Below are positions 40,689-54,194 of a stretch of 64,000 bases of DNA, in pieces (the stretch's first letter is position 1; the number at the start of each line of letters is the position of its first letter). Under the pieces are notes generated by a model. The model did not search any database, was not told the origin of the DNA, and saw only the letters and a list, made by a program, of their open reading frames with translations. The stretch is from Eledone cirrhosa (lineage: Eukaryota): NCBI GenBank assembly GCA_964016885.1, contig OZ024749.1, positions 3,720,001 through 3,784,000 of the forward strand, given 5' to 3'. A program made the position numbers and the translations under genes.

Positions 40689-40819
40689 CGTTATTTCGTT
40701 TCTGAATTTGTTTAGCAAGATTCTTTATCTGAAATCGTGTGTTGAAACCGATATTGTTATACTTTGGGAGGGTCATGTTGTCAATAAGAAACACACGCAC
40801 CACATGCTTTCACTTCAAT

Positions 40820-42740
40820 TTATTATATATTTATAAATTTATAAATTTACAAATCTACAAACCTATAAATTTCTGGTTGGTTGGTTGGTTCCACAACCAG
40901 ATAGTTGTTTATATATATAGTCATAGTCCTTTCGTCACACACTATGTGACCTCTTCAGTGACTGGGGATTCCTTTCTTCGTTTCTGTGCCTTTCCTTTCT
41001 TCTATCCTACGCCATTTTGTTTCTGTGTGTGTGTTGTGTGCTCAGTTTGCACATGCGCCACATCCGGGTGTCTGTGTGTGTTTGTGTACATTTTTCTATT
41101 TTTCTATTTATATTTTTCTATTTGTTTATTTATTTATTTATTTATTTATTGTTGGTTGGTTGTTTGTTCTATGTGTGTGTGTGTTTTCATTTTGTCCTGT
41201 GTGTGTTTTCATTTTGTGTGTGTTTTCAATTGTAAGTTGTTTGTTCTATGTGTGTGTGTGTTTTCATTTTGTCCTTAATTGTAAGTTGTGATGTTGCTGT
41301 TCCACTCATATTTTCTATTTAATTTTGGTTTTAATTCTTGTATGTTTACTGCCTCTGTAATTTGCCTAAACATTGCGTCTTTTCTGTGTGTGGATTCTAT
41401 TTTTATTTCTATGCTCTCTAATCTACCCCTGTGTTCTATCTTAGCATGTTGGTAGAGCACAGATGATTCTTTATTATCTTGGAGGTCTCGCCAGTGTTCA
41501 TTTATTCGTTCCCCTATACTACGAGCTGTCTCACCTATGTACACTATATTTTTGTTTCTACATTGTCCTTCAGTACATCTTATGCTATACACTACATTTC
41601 TAGTTTTACAGTTAATATGGGGGCTTATTTTACAGGTTATACATTTCTTATCTATACATGAGGGTCTTTGGAACGGGTATGTCTTGCTAATAAGTGTTTT
41701 TACGGAGGTACCAGGTCTTTCTACTATCTTAATATACCATGAATAAGTTAGCTATGTCACCTGCAATGCTAACACCAATGGCTGCTCCTTCCTCTTGGGC
41801 ATATGTTTTACCATTACATAATCTCAATATTAAGATAGTAGAAAGACCTGGTACCTCCGTAAAAACACTTATTAGCAAGACATACCCTTTCCAAAGACCC
41901 TCATGTATAGATAAGAAATGTATAACCTGTAAAATAAACACCCATATTAACTGTAAAACTAGAAATGTAGTGTATAGCATAAGATGTACTGAGGGACAAT
42001 GTAGAAACAAAAATATAATGTACATAGGTGAGACAGCTCGTAGTATAGGGGAACGAATAAATGAACACTGGCGAGACCTCCAAGATAATAAAGAATCGTC
42101 TGTGCTCTACCAACATGCTAAGATAGAACACAGGGGTAGATTAGATAGCATAGAAATAAAAATAGAATCCACACACAGAAAAGACGCAATGTTTAGGCAA
42201 ATTACAGAGGCAGTAAGCATAAAAGAATTAAAACCAAAATTAAATAGAAAATATGAGTGGAACAGCAACATCACAACTTACAATTAAGGACAAAATGAAA
42301 ACACACACACACATAGAACAAACAACTTACAATTGAAAACACACACAAAATGAAAACACACACAGGACAAAATGAAAACACACACACACATAGAACAAAC
42401 AACCAACCAACAATAAACAAATAAATAAAGAAACAAATAGAAAAATATAAATAGAAAAATAGAAAAATGAACACAAACACACACAGACACCCGGATGTGG
42501 CGCATGCGCAAACTGAGCACACAACACACACACACAGAAACAAAATGGCGTAGGATAGAAGAAAGGAAAGGCACAGAAACGAAGAAAGGAATCCGCAGTC
42601 ACTGAAGAGGTCACAGAGTGTGTGACGAAAGGACTATGACTATATATATAAACAACTATCTGGTTGTGGAACCAACCAACCAGAAATTTATAGGTTTGTA
42701 GATTTGTAAATTTATGAATTTATAAATATATAATAAAATA
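40820..42740. mobile_element. Inverted duplication of a PLE 3' end (Cys linker, GIY-YIG, pLTR) around a short RT fragment
   Basis: ORFs 41739-42287 (+) and 41275-41592 (-): C-x4-C-x2-C..C, VVY..YIGET.R..ER..EH..E..LN; centre 41735-41820 (-) encodes YAQEEGAAIGVSIAGDIANLFM (RT motif B). Confidence 0.9.
42597..42641 (+). ncRNA. Type I hammerhead in PLE pLTR, family J (minus copy at 40919-40963)
   Basis: agtca-CTGAAGA-g-gtcac/gtgac-GAAA-ggac-TA-tgact. Confidence 0.75.
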
Positions 42741-43969
42741 TATATATATATATGTACGTATGTATATGTACTTACATATATGTATACAGACGTACAGTAG
42801 TATATATATATATTCATAAGTGCACACACATATATATGTACGTATGGGTTTACCGAACATTTATTTCCATAGATATATATGTATGTATGTATACGTACAT
42901 ACATATATGTATACAGACGTACAGTAGTATGTATATATATACATACATGCAAACACATATATATGCACGTATCGGTTTACCGAACATTTATTATAATGCT
43001 CGGTTTGTTTATTTGTAAACAAACAAACAGCCCGAATTACGACGTACAGTGTTTAGGCAACCCGTCACCTTTTTGTTCAACACTGACACAGGAACGATGT
43101 ACTAGTTTCAAACTTATTAGCTATCGTCAGCATCGTATACATTCCTGTCAGATGGTTGAACGTTTGAAAGTATATACTTTCCTTATGCATATTAATGGCT
43201 GGGCAGTCTAATTTGCATATCGAGTGAGTTCAGTCGGCCGTTCACATTTAAGAAAGTGCCGTACTAACATTGAGAAATGAAATTTCGTTTCATTCTATTC
43301 CATTTATATATATATATATATATATATATACAGACATATATATATATATAGTAATAGTAATCTATTTTAAGGTAAACTCTATGCATTTAGTGGTTTTAAT
43401 TTAACTCAATGATGGTAGGATCAAGCAAAGCCAATATATCTAAACTATAATAACGTACGAAGCGCCGGACTGCGTACGGTTTATAATTTGTTATCCCATT
43501 AATAACATGAATTAATTAATATTACATAATTTATCTACTAAAATGAATATTATATAATTTAACTACTAAAATGAATATTACATAATTTATTTACTAAATT
43601 TCGTGCCTGTTCATCAAATATATTTTATTACTTATTTAAAGATTTACTTTAAAATGTTCAAATGCCAATACTTCCGGTTAGCAGTCGCTTAAATAAATAT
43701 TCATATATTTCTGTCACTAATTTGCTCCTAATGCAGTTTATATACGATATCGTCTTTTTTTTAATGAATCATGGATTACGTTACTGATTACATAAGAGAG
43801 AGTAACACAGTCTTCGTTCAATTTATGTGTATATTGTCAATTACGATTTTATTTGATGTATCATATCTACATGCATATATACTTGCGTTTACTATCCATC
43901 TACACACTACACACGCTAGCAGAAAACCACCCGACGGTCAATATTTATTTATAAAACTGCTCTATATCA

Positions 43970-44034
43970 TATTTTATCTGATGAAAGCACACCATAATTT
44001 AACTTGGTGTCCTTGAAATATGTATAATGAAATA
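43970..44034 (+). ncRNA. Minimal hammerhead, family A
   Basis: tattttat-CTGATGA-aagcacacca/tggtgtcctt-GAAA-tatgta-TA-atgaaata. Confidence 0.75.
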
Positions 44035-44912
44035 AATATAGTTTTATAAATATAGTTTCCATTTGTTAATAACGTATATATATATATTTTTTTTTTTCAA
44101 TTTCTCCGAAGGTTCTTAACCCTACTATGAATATAAATAAATAAAAATTTACGTATTTCAGTGTATTATGGAAAAAGGGTTAAATAAGGGAGGTAATATA
44201 CTGTTGTTAATGTTACAGAGTAACATTTTTTAAGTATATACATTTCAATTAATATATGTTAAACATTTACAAGTATCTAAATAATAGTTATATTATATAT
44301 ATGTCAATGAGGTATATGTGTGTGATGTATTTATGGAAATTAATTAATTATATTGAAATAGTGAAATATAAGTTATTAATATCAAACCTAAAGGAGGTAA
44401 GATGAAATAAGATAATATATTATATTAGATAAATTAATATATATTGTTAGTAATATATCTGTATGATATACTATATATAAATTTAGGAGACAATTAATAA
44501 ATTATTACAATATTATAATTTTCAAATATGATTAATTACTAGTTTAATGATACATACATATTTAAATTTATGTGCGTTTATGCTAAATGGTTATCTAATA
44601 TATATTTATCCTATACAAGTATCAAAAGTGTGGCAACGAATTGAATAAAACCTCCTCGGTAATTATATTTAAGTAGTTATTATTATTTAGGTCAAAACCG
44701 AAGAGGTTAGATGAGATATTTATATTGTATAAATTAAACAAATGTATCATATAATCTATATAGATATTAAATACTACTGAGAGATAATGACATTGATAAA
44801 GATACAGAATAAAGATAAGCACTATTTGAAATACAAGATTGTTTAATCCTGCTAACTGATAGTAGCAAGATGTCAAATAAAATAACTTGTTGATGGCATA
44901 TTCCTATAGGTA

Positions 44913-45055
44913 AAGGCGCATGGCTTGGTGGTTAGAGCTTCGGGCTTGCGATTGAAAGGTTGAGAGTTCGATTCTAGGACCGGGTGATGTGTTGTTTCCT
45001 TGAGCAGGAAACTTTATTTCACGTTGCGCCAGTTTACTCAGTTGTAGAAATGAGA
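44913..45055 (+). mobile_element. tRNA-derived SINE
   Basis: ggcgcatggcttggtggttagagc...gagttcgattct; body shared with 17041-17258. Confidence 0.7.
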
Positions 45056-45647
45056 AGATAGGACTGAAATCCCTATCATTAAATCACCCAAGACACCTCC
45101 AACGAGATATACCTTGGAGGTGGCCAGTTAAACCTGCATAGGTGCGAGCTGTCTGACACACATATTCCTATTGGAAGAAACAATTGTTAGTCTTGGTTAA
45201 TAAGTTGCTTGTAATGATATATATATATATGTACACATATAGGCTGTCCTGTTCAATAATTAGCAGTTTAATACTAACGATTGGTATGCCACTATCGACA
45301 AGTGAATTTAAATATTAATTATGCACATACTAGACAAGCTTGCTGAAGTTGGCCACATATTTACCTTTCCCGACATATCTATTTCCATTCGGAGAACCCA
45401 TGATGATCGACGTAATATCCAAAGTATTGGGACGACTAAATCTATTCGGAGTTAACTCCATTCCTGGTTTTCTTGTTACGCCTTTTCACATCTGTTCTTC
45501 TACGTTTCCTTCTACATTTATCTTTCTTCTTTATACTGAAACCTAATTTACCCATCTGCAGTTTAGAGGTTTCCAAAACTACCCTTTTCATGTTCCACTA
45601 TGCTTCAGGAAAATTTAAACACTCTCCTATGTATATACATATATATA

Positions 45648-45698
<51 letters not shown>

Positions 45699-45703
<5 letters not shown>

Positions 45704-46052
45704 TAAAAGGAAAAGAAAATGCTGACAAATTGTCCCCAGTGAAAAATAGATTAATTAGGAATAAGTAAAAATTAGTAGTAAGTATTAGTTAATATTCAGT
45801 TTTAGTTTAAAGTTTTTACCGGTTGCGCATTTCTAATGCTTTTCAAAAATAATTTGGAGATAGAGCGCTCGTGATGTTTAGAGCAAACATCACGGGCGCT
45901 TTTTGAAAAGCATTAGAAATGCGCAACCGGTAACAACTTAAAAGTAAAACTGAATAGTAACCAATACTTATTACTAATTTTTACATAATCCTAATTAAAC
46001 TATTTTTCACTAGGAACAATTTGTCAGCATTTTATTTTCCGTGTACTAATAT
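45699..46052. repeat. Diverged fold-back palindrome with UUGAAAA-type hammerhead-like motifs
   Basis: Centre at about 45881; TTGAAAA-gcatt/aatgc-GCAA-ccgg-TA on both strands. Confidence 0.75.
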
Positions 46053-46084
46053 ATCACAACTCGTGTGCTACACCTCTATTCTTT

Positions 46085-46121
<37 letters not shown>

Positions 46122-46266
46122 ATAATAATAAATTTGAAGACTAAAATCCAAAGAGGGCTCGATAAGGATAAATATATATCAAATATATAAGCACCTTAGA
46201 GTAAATATTTATTAAGATAAGAGAAGAATGAAAGCAGCGATTCTTTGCTTAAACTTTATTCTGTTA

Positions 46267-46351
<85 letters not shown>

Positions 46352-46763
46352 ATATATATATATGTATATATAGACAAATTAATTCTAGGCGAGAAATTTT
46401 TTCTTCTTTTCTTGATGCATAATTTTAAATGAATGAAACATTTCTAGTCCTGAAGTAATAACTTCTACATGAAATAAATACATATATATATATATAGTTA
46501 TGACTGCATTTTATTTATGTATTTTATGTATTGTTTTATTTATGTATTTATTTAATCGCTTTCCTCGCATCATGTACTTATCATCGTACTCATTATCACT
46601 CGACCCTAGAATATAACTCTCTGTACCCTTATATCTGTTTTTCTTTTGTCACGCCCCCTAAACACCCAAGAGTCACATTACATATAACCCGGACTAACTG
46701 GGGACTAAGTATAGTCTATTTGCACATTTCATCAGATTTTACCACTTTCACCTTCACATCACG

Positions 46764-47285
46764 GGTGTGAATAACTAATAATCGTTTAGTACACGTGATG
46801 ATCCGACGGACGTGACGGCTTTCCCGATTGCACGCCAGGCGTTTGGGTCGATCAGCCTTCCTAGAGTGCTTGGAAAAATAAATTTCCCCTTCTTTCGGTA
46901 AACGAAATAACTCGGAACGGCTGCTTCGGCCTGGGGCCCTCTCAGAATTGGAACCCGCCATGCCACCTGTCATTGACCGCCAAAGAGTACCTTTAAATTC
47001 TAGGCTTAACCATATCTTTTAACCTCATCATCCCTCCTTCTACTAGCACCTAACTAAGTCCCCCACCAGTGTGAATAACTAATAATCGAGTGGTATATAC
47101 GATGGCCAGCCGGTGGTGGCGGATTTCCCGGTAACACACCCGACGCTTAAGACAGTTACATCCTGGAGTGCTCTGAAGAATAAATTTCCATTTCTTTCGA
47201 TAGACGATAATACTCGGAACGGCTGAAACGCCGTTGGGCTCCGGCCTGGCACGGGGGTCTGCAACGTCGCTGGTTATTGACCTCT
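46764..47285. repeat. Diverged ~220-bp GC-richer direct duplication
   Basis: gtgtgaataactaataatcg...actcggaacggctg...attgacc at 46765-46980 and 47069-47282. Confidence 0.6.
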
Positions 47286-47836
47286 AAGCATGGGCTTAAT
47301 CTTTACCCTATATTCTACCCTGAAACTTTATCGTGACTATCTATAATACACTTAAACTTTTCCATAAAAGCCTCCTTCTGTAAATTGCTTTAACTAAATC
47401 TCGTAACTTTAAACCTAAACCTTATTTTTCTAATTTCATCTTAAATGGCATCTTCTAAACCTAAACTTAAATTTAACGTTTCTAATTGTTAATCGTAAAT
47501 TCTGTGCATACATTATACCATGCGGACGCCCACTATATATTACTATATGTAGCTTTGTTGAAGAAATATATGTTCCTTGAAACAATATTTTACGCGGCAC
47601 TTTCTAGCACGCATGACCTGCTATATTGTAACCTGATCTCAACGCTGGCCTCTGTCTTTGACGGGGTGGTAGTAGAACACTGTAAACCTAGGCCAAGATG
47701 GACATAAGTAGGCTTAATAATCACAATTTGAGGTCGGCCAAACTGGGGTAGAAGCTGCTAAATGTTAGATTGCCTTTATGTCTCTGGTTTTCAGCCCCAC
47801 TGATTTTGACTATTATATTTCTTTGTTATATTTCGA

Positions 47837-47893
47837 ATACCTGATGATGTCACCGGTTCATACTGAACCCGGTCATTGAAATGATCATAGTAT
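47837..47893 (+). ncRNA. Type I hammerhead, family K
   Basis: atac-CTGATGA-(accgg ttca/tgaa ccggt)-GAAA-tgatca-TA-gtat. Confidence 0.8.
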
Positions 47894-48104
47894 AACAAAC
47901 CTTTCAAGGGTATACACCAGTCCAGCTTCGTGTTATTTTATAATAATTAACTCCGTATTCGAACCACCAACTACACAAAACGAAGACGGGTGAGCTGCAT
48001 TACGTTGAATGCTCTCCATAATATTACAGCTAGGTTGACCATACAGAATGACCAGTGCTATCCAGTTGTAAACCAACAAACCTAAATAAATAAATATATT
48101 AACC

Positions 48105-48150
<46 letters not shown>

Positions 48151-48153
<3 letters not shown>

Positions 48154-48864
48154 AGATTTGAATGGATACAGTTTAGTTGAAAGGAATTTATTGACACGTG
48201 TTTCTATAACAGTTACATAACCTAAAACAGCTACTATCTACAAACTTTTAGTTATGCAGACATTCAATATTTCAATGTTATTATTTACTGTCATTTCATC
48301 AGAATAATATTACTGAGGACCTATTTAGTTTTTATAGAGAATATTAGGAGGGAGGGGTGAAGTTGTTAGAAGAATAGTTGAAGGAGTGGTTTTTCGATAG
48401 CAGTGAGAATTCTTGGTGGCAGTGAGTAATTAGATTCCCATCTGTTGTTTTGACATTTTTTATAGAATATATTATTGGTTATTTTTCTAAATCTATTAGA
48501 AGGATTAGAGATAGTAAAGATATGCGTGGTTGGTTTTGTGTTTGCACTTAATTAACATTCAGACTTAAATTTTTCTTTCAAGTGTACGTATCCTTTCACC
48601 CACGCATTCACACACAAATATATTTGCACACCTCTACAAAATACATATACTCACAATTCACATATTCATACTTACATATATATACACATGCATACACATA
48701 TATATACACACATGTATTCATGTACATACATACGCGCTCATGTGTATACATTTTCATACTCAACTTATCTTTATATACACACGTATAGACACACACATAT
48801 ATACATACATACTCTAGTCCATGTGTACACACATACACATACATACACATCTATATACACATAT

Positions 48865-48960
<96 letters not shown>

Positions 48961-49333
48961 CACTTTAATACATGAATACACTTACATCTAACTATACACA
49001 TCAAACATATATATATATTTACTTATTTATATACATTTTCAAATATATATACATACTTATGGGCGTTTTTAGACACATTCATTATCGCATATTTGCACCT
49101 ATTCTCATCAGCATATCTTTCCATTATTAGTGTGGTAATTTAAGGTTATTAATATATGTTGAGAAGAGATTGTTTTTATATTTTTCTAACTAGATTAAGG
49201 TTTATATAGTTGGGGGATGTCCCTCTTTTATGTAATATTCGGCTTGTAGTGGGAAAAAAGGGTTTTAGTTCTGTGACGGCAGAATAATGTTCGTTCAATT
49301 CTGTTATTCAGCAGTTTCTTCTTGTGTGTGATT
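48151..49333 (-). mobile_element. 5'-truncated second copy of the 25-28 kb PLE
   Basis: Near-identical to 25061-26222 with the same 3' end; flanked by (TA)n on both sides. Confidence 0.92.
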
Positions 49334-49711
49334 ATATATATATATATATATGAAAAAATGGGGAGAAGAATACTGCTGGTTGCACATGCATAACATGTAA
49401 TAAAATAAGTCCCTCATCAGTGATTTGCCGACTATCATAGATATTTCATTGCATTAAAAATCATATACCTCACGTCGGTGCAATAATAACTAAATTAAGT
49501 TATTAGGACAATTAAAACGCGTAAATCGAGTGAGACAAGATAGCAACAAAGAGGATAGCTAACCGTAGAAAGAAGGAGACAAGCTTCATAGTTATTCTGT
49601 TAGCATAAGTTAGGTGAATATATGAGCGCTTAGAAAAAAGACCTTTCAGCAGCGAATTCAAATGTGAGAGAGAGATAATATTTTACTTAATTACTTTATT
49701 TTATATATATA

Positions 49712-49978
49712 TATAAAATAAAGTAATTAAGTCAAATATTTAAGATATGGCTTCGTTTATTAAATATATATTGCTATATATATTTCGGTGACAGCCATCA
49801 TTGGCTGTGAACTCTTGAGGCAGTTTGAATTTAACAACATGTGTACCTGTCTCTACCACACAAATTCGAATTGCCTGAAGAGTTCACAGCCAATGATGGC
49901 TGCACCGAAATATATATAGCAGTACATCTTTATAAACGAAGCCAAATCTTAAATATTTGAGTTAATTACTTTATTTTA
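49712..49978. repeat. Inverted-repeat cassette with family F hammerhead at 49871-49922 (+)
   Basis: ttgc-CTGAAGA-gttcacagcca/tggctgcacc-GAAA-tatata-TA-gcag; the inverted copy at 49771-49823 has a mutated core. Confidence 0.78.
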
Positions 49979-50068
49979 CATTACTCCGGAGTAATCAAAC
50001 CAACCTGCGTACTTCGGCGAGTGCTCCAATCTGCATACTGAGGTTCTTGGTAAACAACATATACTCAA

Positions 50069-50155
<87 letters not shown>

Positions 50156-51364
50156 GTGCGTGGCGGACGTCTAATGTATATTTGTATGTGGTCGATAATT
50201 TGCTTAGTCATTAATTAATTGTTTATGTATGGAAACAATTGATAATACGTTAGGTACAAGTAGATGGGCGGAGATGACCTCGGCAGCTGAGTACATATTC
50301 TCTCCTCTTTTTTACAGATTATATAATAATCAAATCCCAGCAATATTGCAACACAATATCTGCAGCTTTATCGGATGTAAAAGAAAGGAAATGATAAACA
50401 CTTACGTCAGAGTTAATCAATGTTGTAATTATGAATGAACTTTAAATATATAATTAGCTGTTTTTCTCAGTTATTGCTCTTTTTTCTTTTTACACCAGCT
50501 AGAATAGAGATTGGCGGCGAATTGGCAGAGTCTTTAGAACGTCGGATAGAATGATTTATGGTGTTCGTTGCGCCTCTTATTTCCTCTCTCTCATTTTCTT
50601 TGTCTGGTAAAAATCTGCAATACTCAGGCCTGGAGGGGGATTGGCTTAGCCAGGCTGTGCAAGAAACTCCGTATATTAACGCGAGGCAGATGTACAGCCT
50701 GTACATGTAATACATATGTAAGTGTCTGATTTTTTCACTAATACATGTACACATAACTTTATTCTCAACGTGATCTTGTGTGACAAATCTGCCCCCTTTT
50801 TATTCCAGGGACTATCCCTCTACTGCCCTTCTGAACATTTTCCATCAACTGAATTCTAATAAGTTGGTTTGGGTCACCTTAATATTACATTAGATTGATA
50901 TCGCACGTTGGCCGAGTTTAAGTTAAACATGTACCCATTTATGATTGGTATATGTGATGCAAAATATGTATGTCATTGCATATTATATAACTTCGATCCG
51001 AGCCCCTGTGTTGTTAGTCATGTAGCATTAGAGAAGCACAACAAGAGGACGGTTCAAGCGAATAGATCAATTGAATGTTTGTACCAGAATCTAAATTTTT
51101 ACACAATAAACAAATATCTATAAAATTGTAAAACTTGTTTACATAGGTTTCTGATTGACATATAATAAAAGAGAATTTGTTAGCTCACGATGAAGTAGTA
51201 GTGGAAGGGTTCTAAGACGTCAGCACCGTCCTGAGCATTTTAAATACGAAGGAACGTACTCATCAATTTCAGTGTCATAATAAAGCCGATATTTTTCCCA
51301 GACATAAAGATGTGGAAGAGTAAGAAGAAGAGGGACAGAGATAGTGTGTGGGGTCGGGTCGAGA

Positions 51365-51543
51365 TTAGTGGTAAACAGAGATGGATAAAACCCTACCTTA
51401 GTACTGCTGTTTTATTTATCGACCTGAAAAGGACGAAGAACACAATGGAGCCCATTGGGATCTGAATTCATCGCGTAGTGAGCTAGAATTAATAACGAGG
51501 CATTTTAAATCTGATACCTAAATGAACCTGACAATATGGCGCC
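51365..51543 (-). mobile_element. Diverged OR-like SINE
   Basis: Reverse complement similarity to 2250-2438 (gaattcagatccc, ttcaggtcgataaataaa). Confidence 0.5.
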
Positions 51544-52319
51544 TTGGTCCATATATAATATCTCTTTTATTGTTTCAATATTTATATATTTAACAATAGA
51601 ATTCTTTAATTATTATATGTATATGTTTCGGGTCGATGAAAAGTCAACGATTTCCTGAGAGCTGCAATAGTTTGAAAGTGTCTTCCTGAATATTTTATTG
51701 CGGTAATTTATTGAGTTCACAATGGAGATATTTGAATGTAATACAATAAGAAAAATGATCCATATGCATTTAAGTGGTCTCATAATTTAAATCAATTCAA
51801 ATATGTTATATATAATTCATAGCATAACAGTTCATTACATGTCAATTTTATTCACAGAAGTGCAGTCTCCACCAATAAAATTCTCTAAGAAACCGCCTAT
51901 AAGTTGCAACTTCATAGGATTTCATACAAAAAGTAACATATGTTTACAATTTATTACGTCGCAAATACACTATTTGCTTATATTCATACAGCAACGAGCA
52001 GAATCATAACAAGATACATCCATATATCCAAAGCGGTGAATGTGCGTTTATATATATTTTTCGGTGTGTCTGTCATCATTGCACGGATATAGTGATCTAC
52101 TAAGAACATCAAAGAAATCTTAATTCGAACTCAGATCATACTCTACAATCTGAGTGAAATCAGAAACCGCCACACCGACATTTGACCGGCTAAACATCGA
52201 AGTGAATTTGCCCTCAAACCACAAGGTATCATGTGCCGTTAAGAGGAAATTGACATGGAAGTACGAAATCATGTTTTGAATTAGAGAAACAGTACATGTA
52301 ACATACGTATATAAAATGA

Positions 52320-52647
52320 GACGTAGTGGGAGCCTCTACTTCAGGAAATGCCAAAGAAAGCAGCAGCATAACTCTCTCAAACAGTTTACAGGAAATGGCC
52401 AATACAGCCTGGATGGTCAATCTTGAGGATCCTGTCTGATCAATTTGAGACAGTGCTTCTGACAGGACCCAATGGGAAGATGTTTCAGGAGTCTGCCCAC
52501 ACGACCCTCTCATGAAGAAGAAGAAGAAGAAGAAGAAGAAGAAGAAGAAGAAGAAGAAGAAGAAGAAGAAGAAGAAGAAGAAGAAGAAGAAGAAGAAGAA
52601 GAAGAAGAAGAAGAAGAAGAAGAAGAAGAAGAAGAAGAAGAAGAAGA
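52320..52647 (+). mobile_element. Decayed RTE 3' end with long (GAA)n tail
   Basis: DRTQW motif (compare DRxxWR) just before (GAA)n at 52514-52647. Confidence 0.5.
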
Positions 52648-52824
52648 GCGTCAGGACTTGTTTTATTGTACATACATTCTACCATGTTTTTCCGATTAGG
52701 AATCTGTTTAAAGACGACAAATCAACATCAATATCAACTACAGTACCAGACGCAGCCAATATCAGAGCCACAACATGACAGATGATGACTATGGCTATGA
52801 CATTGCTATTATCAATACACAGAG

Positions 52825-53282
52825 GGGGTGGTTTGACAGAATCGATAGAGCGTCGGACAACATCCTTAGCGGCATAGTGTTATGGCCCTTTATGTTCTAA
52901 GTTCAAATCCCGCTGAGGTTAGCTTTGCCTTTCATCCTTACGGAGTAGATAAAATAAAGTACCAGTGATGCACTGGTGTCTATTCAATCCACTTTCCCTC
53001 TCCCCAAATTGCTGGCCTTGTGTATATCGTAGAAATCATTATAATTATGTATGTTCTTAGGGTGGTGGATTGGCAGAAACGGTAGAGCGTCGGGCATCAT
53101 GCTTAGTGGCATAGAATTACGCGTCATTACGTCCTCAGTTCAAATCCCGGTGAAGTTGGCTTTGTCTTTCATCCTTAAGGGATCTATAACACAAAGTACC
53201 AGTGATGTACCGGGTCGATTTAATCGACGTTCCCCTTCCCCAACGTTGTTGACATTGTGCCTAAATCAGAAACCAATATTCT
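52825..53282 (+). mobile_element. Two tandem OR-like SINEs (52825-53045 and 53060-53282)
   Basis: Each has tg.cagaa.cg.tagagcgtcgg, gttcaaatccc, tttg.ctttcatcc and aagtaccagtgatg. Confidence 0.75.
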
Positions 53283-53637
53283 CTCCATGCACATGAATGA
53301 CATCTCAATTCTACATCGAATTGAAACTGTTTAAGTGGTTGGTTATTGCAGAATTACGATGACATCTTGCAACACAATGTCACTATGACATATAAATATT
53401 TAACGTACTCATATAATTCACGTAAATGAATGCCTAATACACAAAGGCATTGTACTATTGGTGGTGTAAGATATAAATAACAATAACATGATTACAGGCA
53501 AATTAAATATAATTAATACTTTACAAACTTCGTATGGCTTGACGTGAAAAATCTGCTGATAATGAAACAAATTTCACATGCAGAATATTCTACGACACGT
53601 TGAAATTAGAATATATATGTTTATATATACATACACA

Positions 53638-53688
<51 letters not shown>

Positions 53689-53842
53689 GGGATAGCAGGT
53701 TATCGTTATAGGCAGTCCACTTAGATGTAGTCCAGTTAGAGTACTCCGTGTAGTGGATAGTATTAACGTGTGGCTTAGTTTGACTCCACAAGACGTTTCC
53801 ATAGTGATGCTGCGAGTTCGCCGTGATAATAATTCTTGAAAT

Positions 53843-54062
53843 AATAATAATTCTTGAAAGAAGAGTGACATACATGGGGTTCGCTATACAATAAGGGCTT
53901 CATTCACATTGCTGACAATTGTTTCTTTGATCTGCAGATCGATTGACGCAAACTCATGCGGGTAGCGAACTCTAGACCTATCAGATCAAAGAAACAATTG
54001 CCAGAAATGTGAATAAAGCCCTTATTGTATAGCGAACCATGTCACTCTTCTTTCTTGAATTA
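53843..54062. repeat. Fold-back cassette with hammerhead 3' halves
   Basis: 53843-53935 versus 53982-54062 inverted; GAAA-caattg-TC on the minus strand and GAAA-caattg-CC on the plus strand. Confidence 0.7.
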
Positions 54063-54103
54063 TATATATATATATACTATATATACATGTGTGTGTGTGT
54101 GTA

Positions 54104-54192
<89 letters not shown>

Positions 54193-54194
54193 AT

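Noticed and set aside
44100-44900. Possible decayed PLE 3' region
   Set aside because: AT-rich with no diagnostic motif or ribozyme that I could confirm.
44913-44985. tRNA gene
   Set aside because: A and B boxes are present, but there is no proper cloverleaf and the sequence continues into a multicopy SINE body.
50620-50630. In-frame TGA as selenocysteine in an alternative exon frame
   Set aside because: No SECIS was identified and another stop follows within ten codons.
53590-53875. Two overlapping minus-strand ORFs as host exons
   Set aside because: They start within a fold-back repeat arm and run into (TA)n, with no recognisable domain or splice support.
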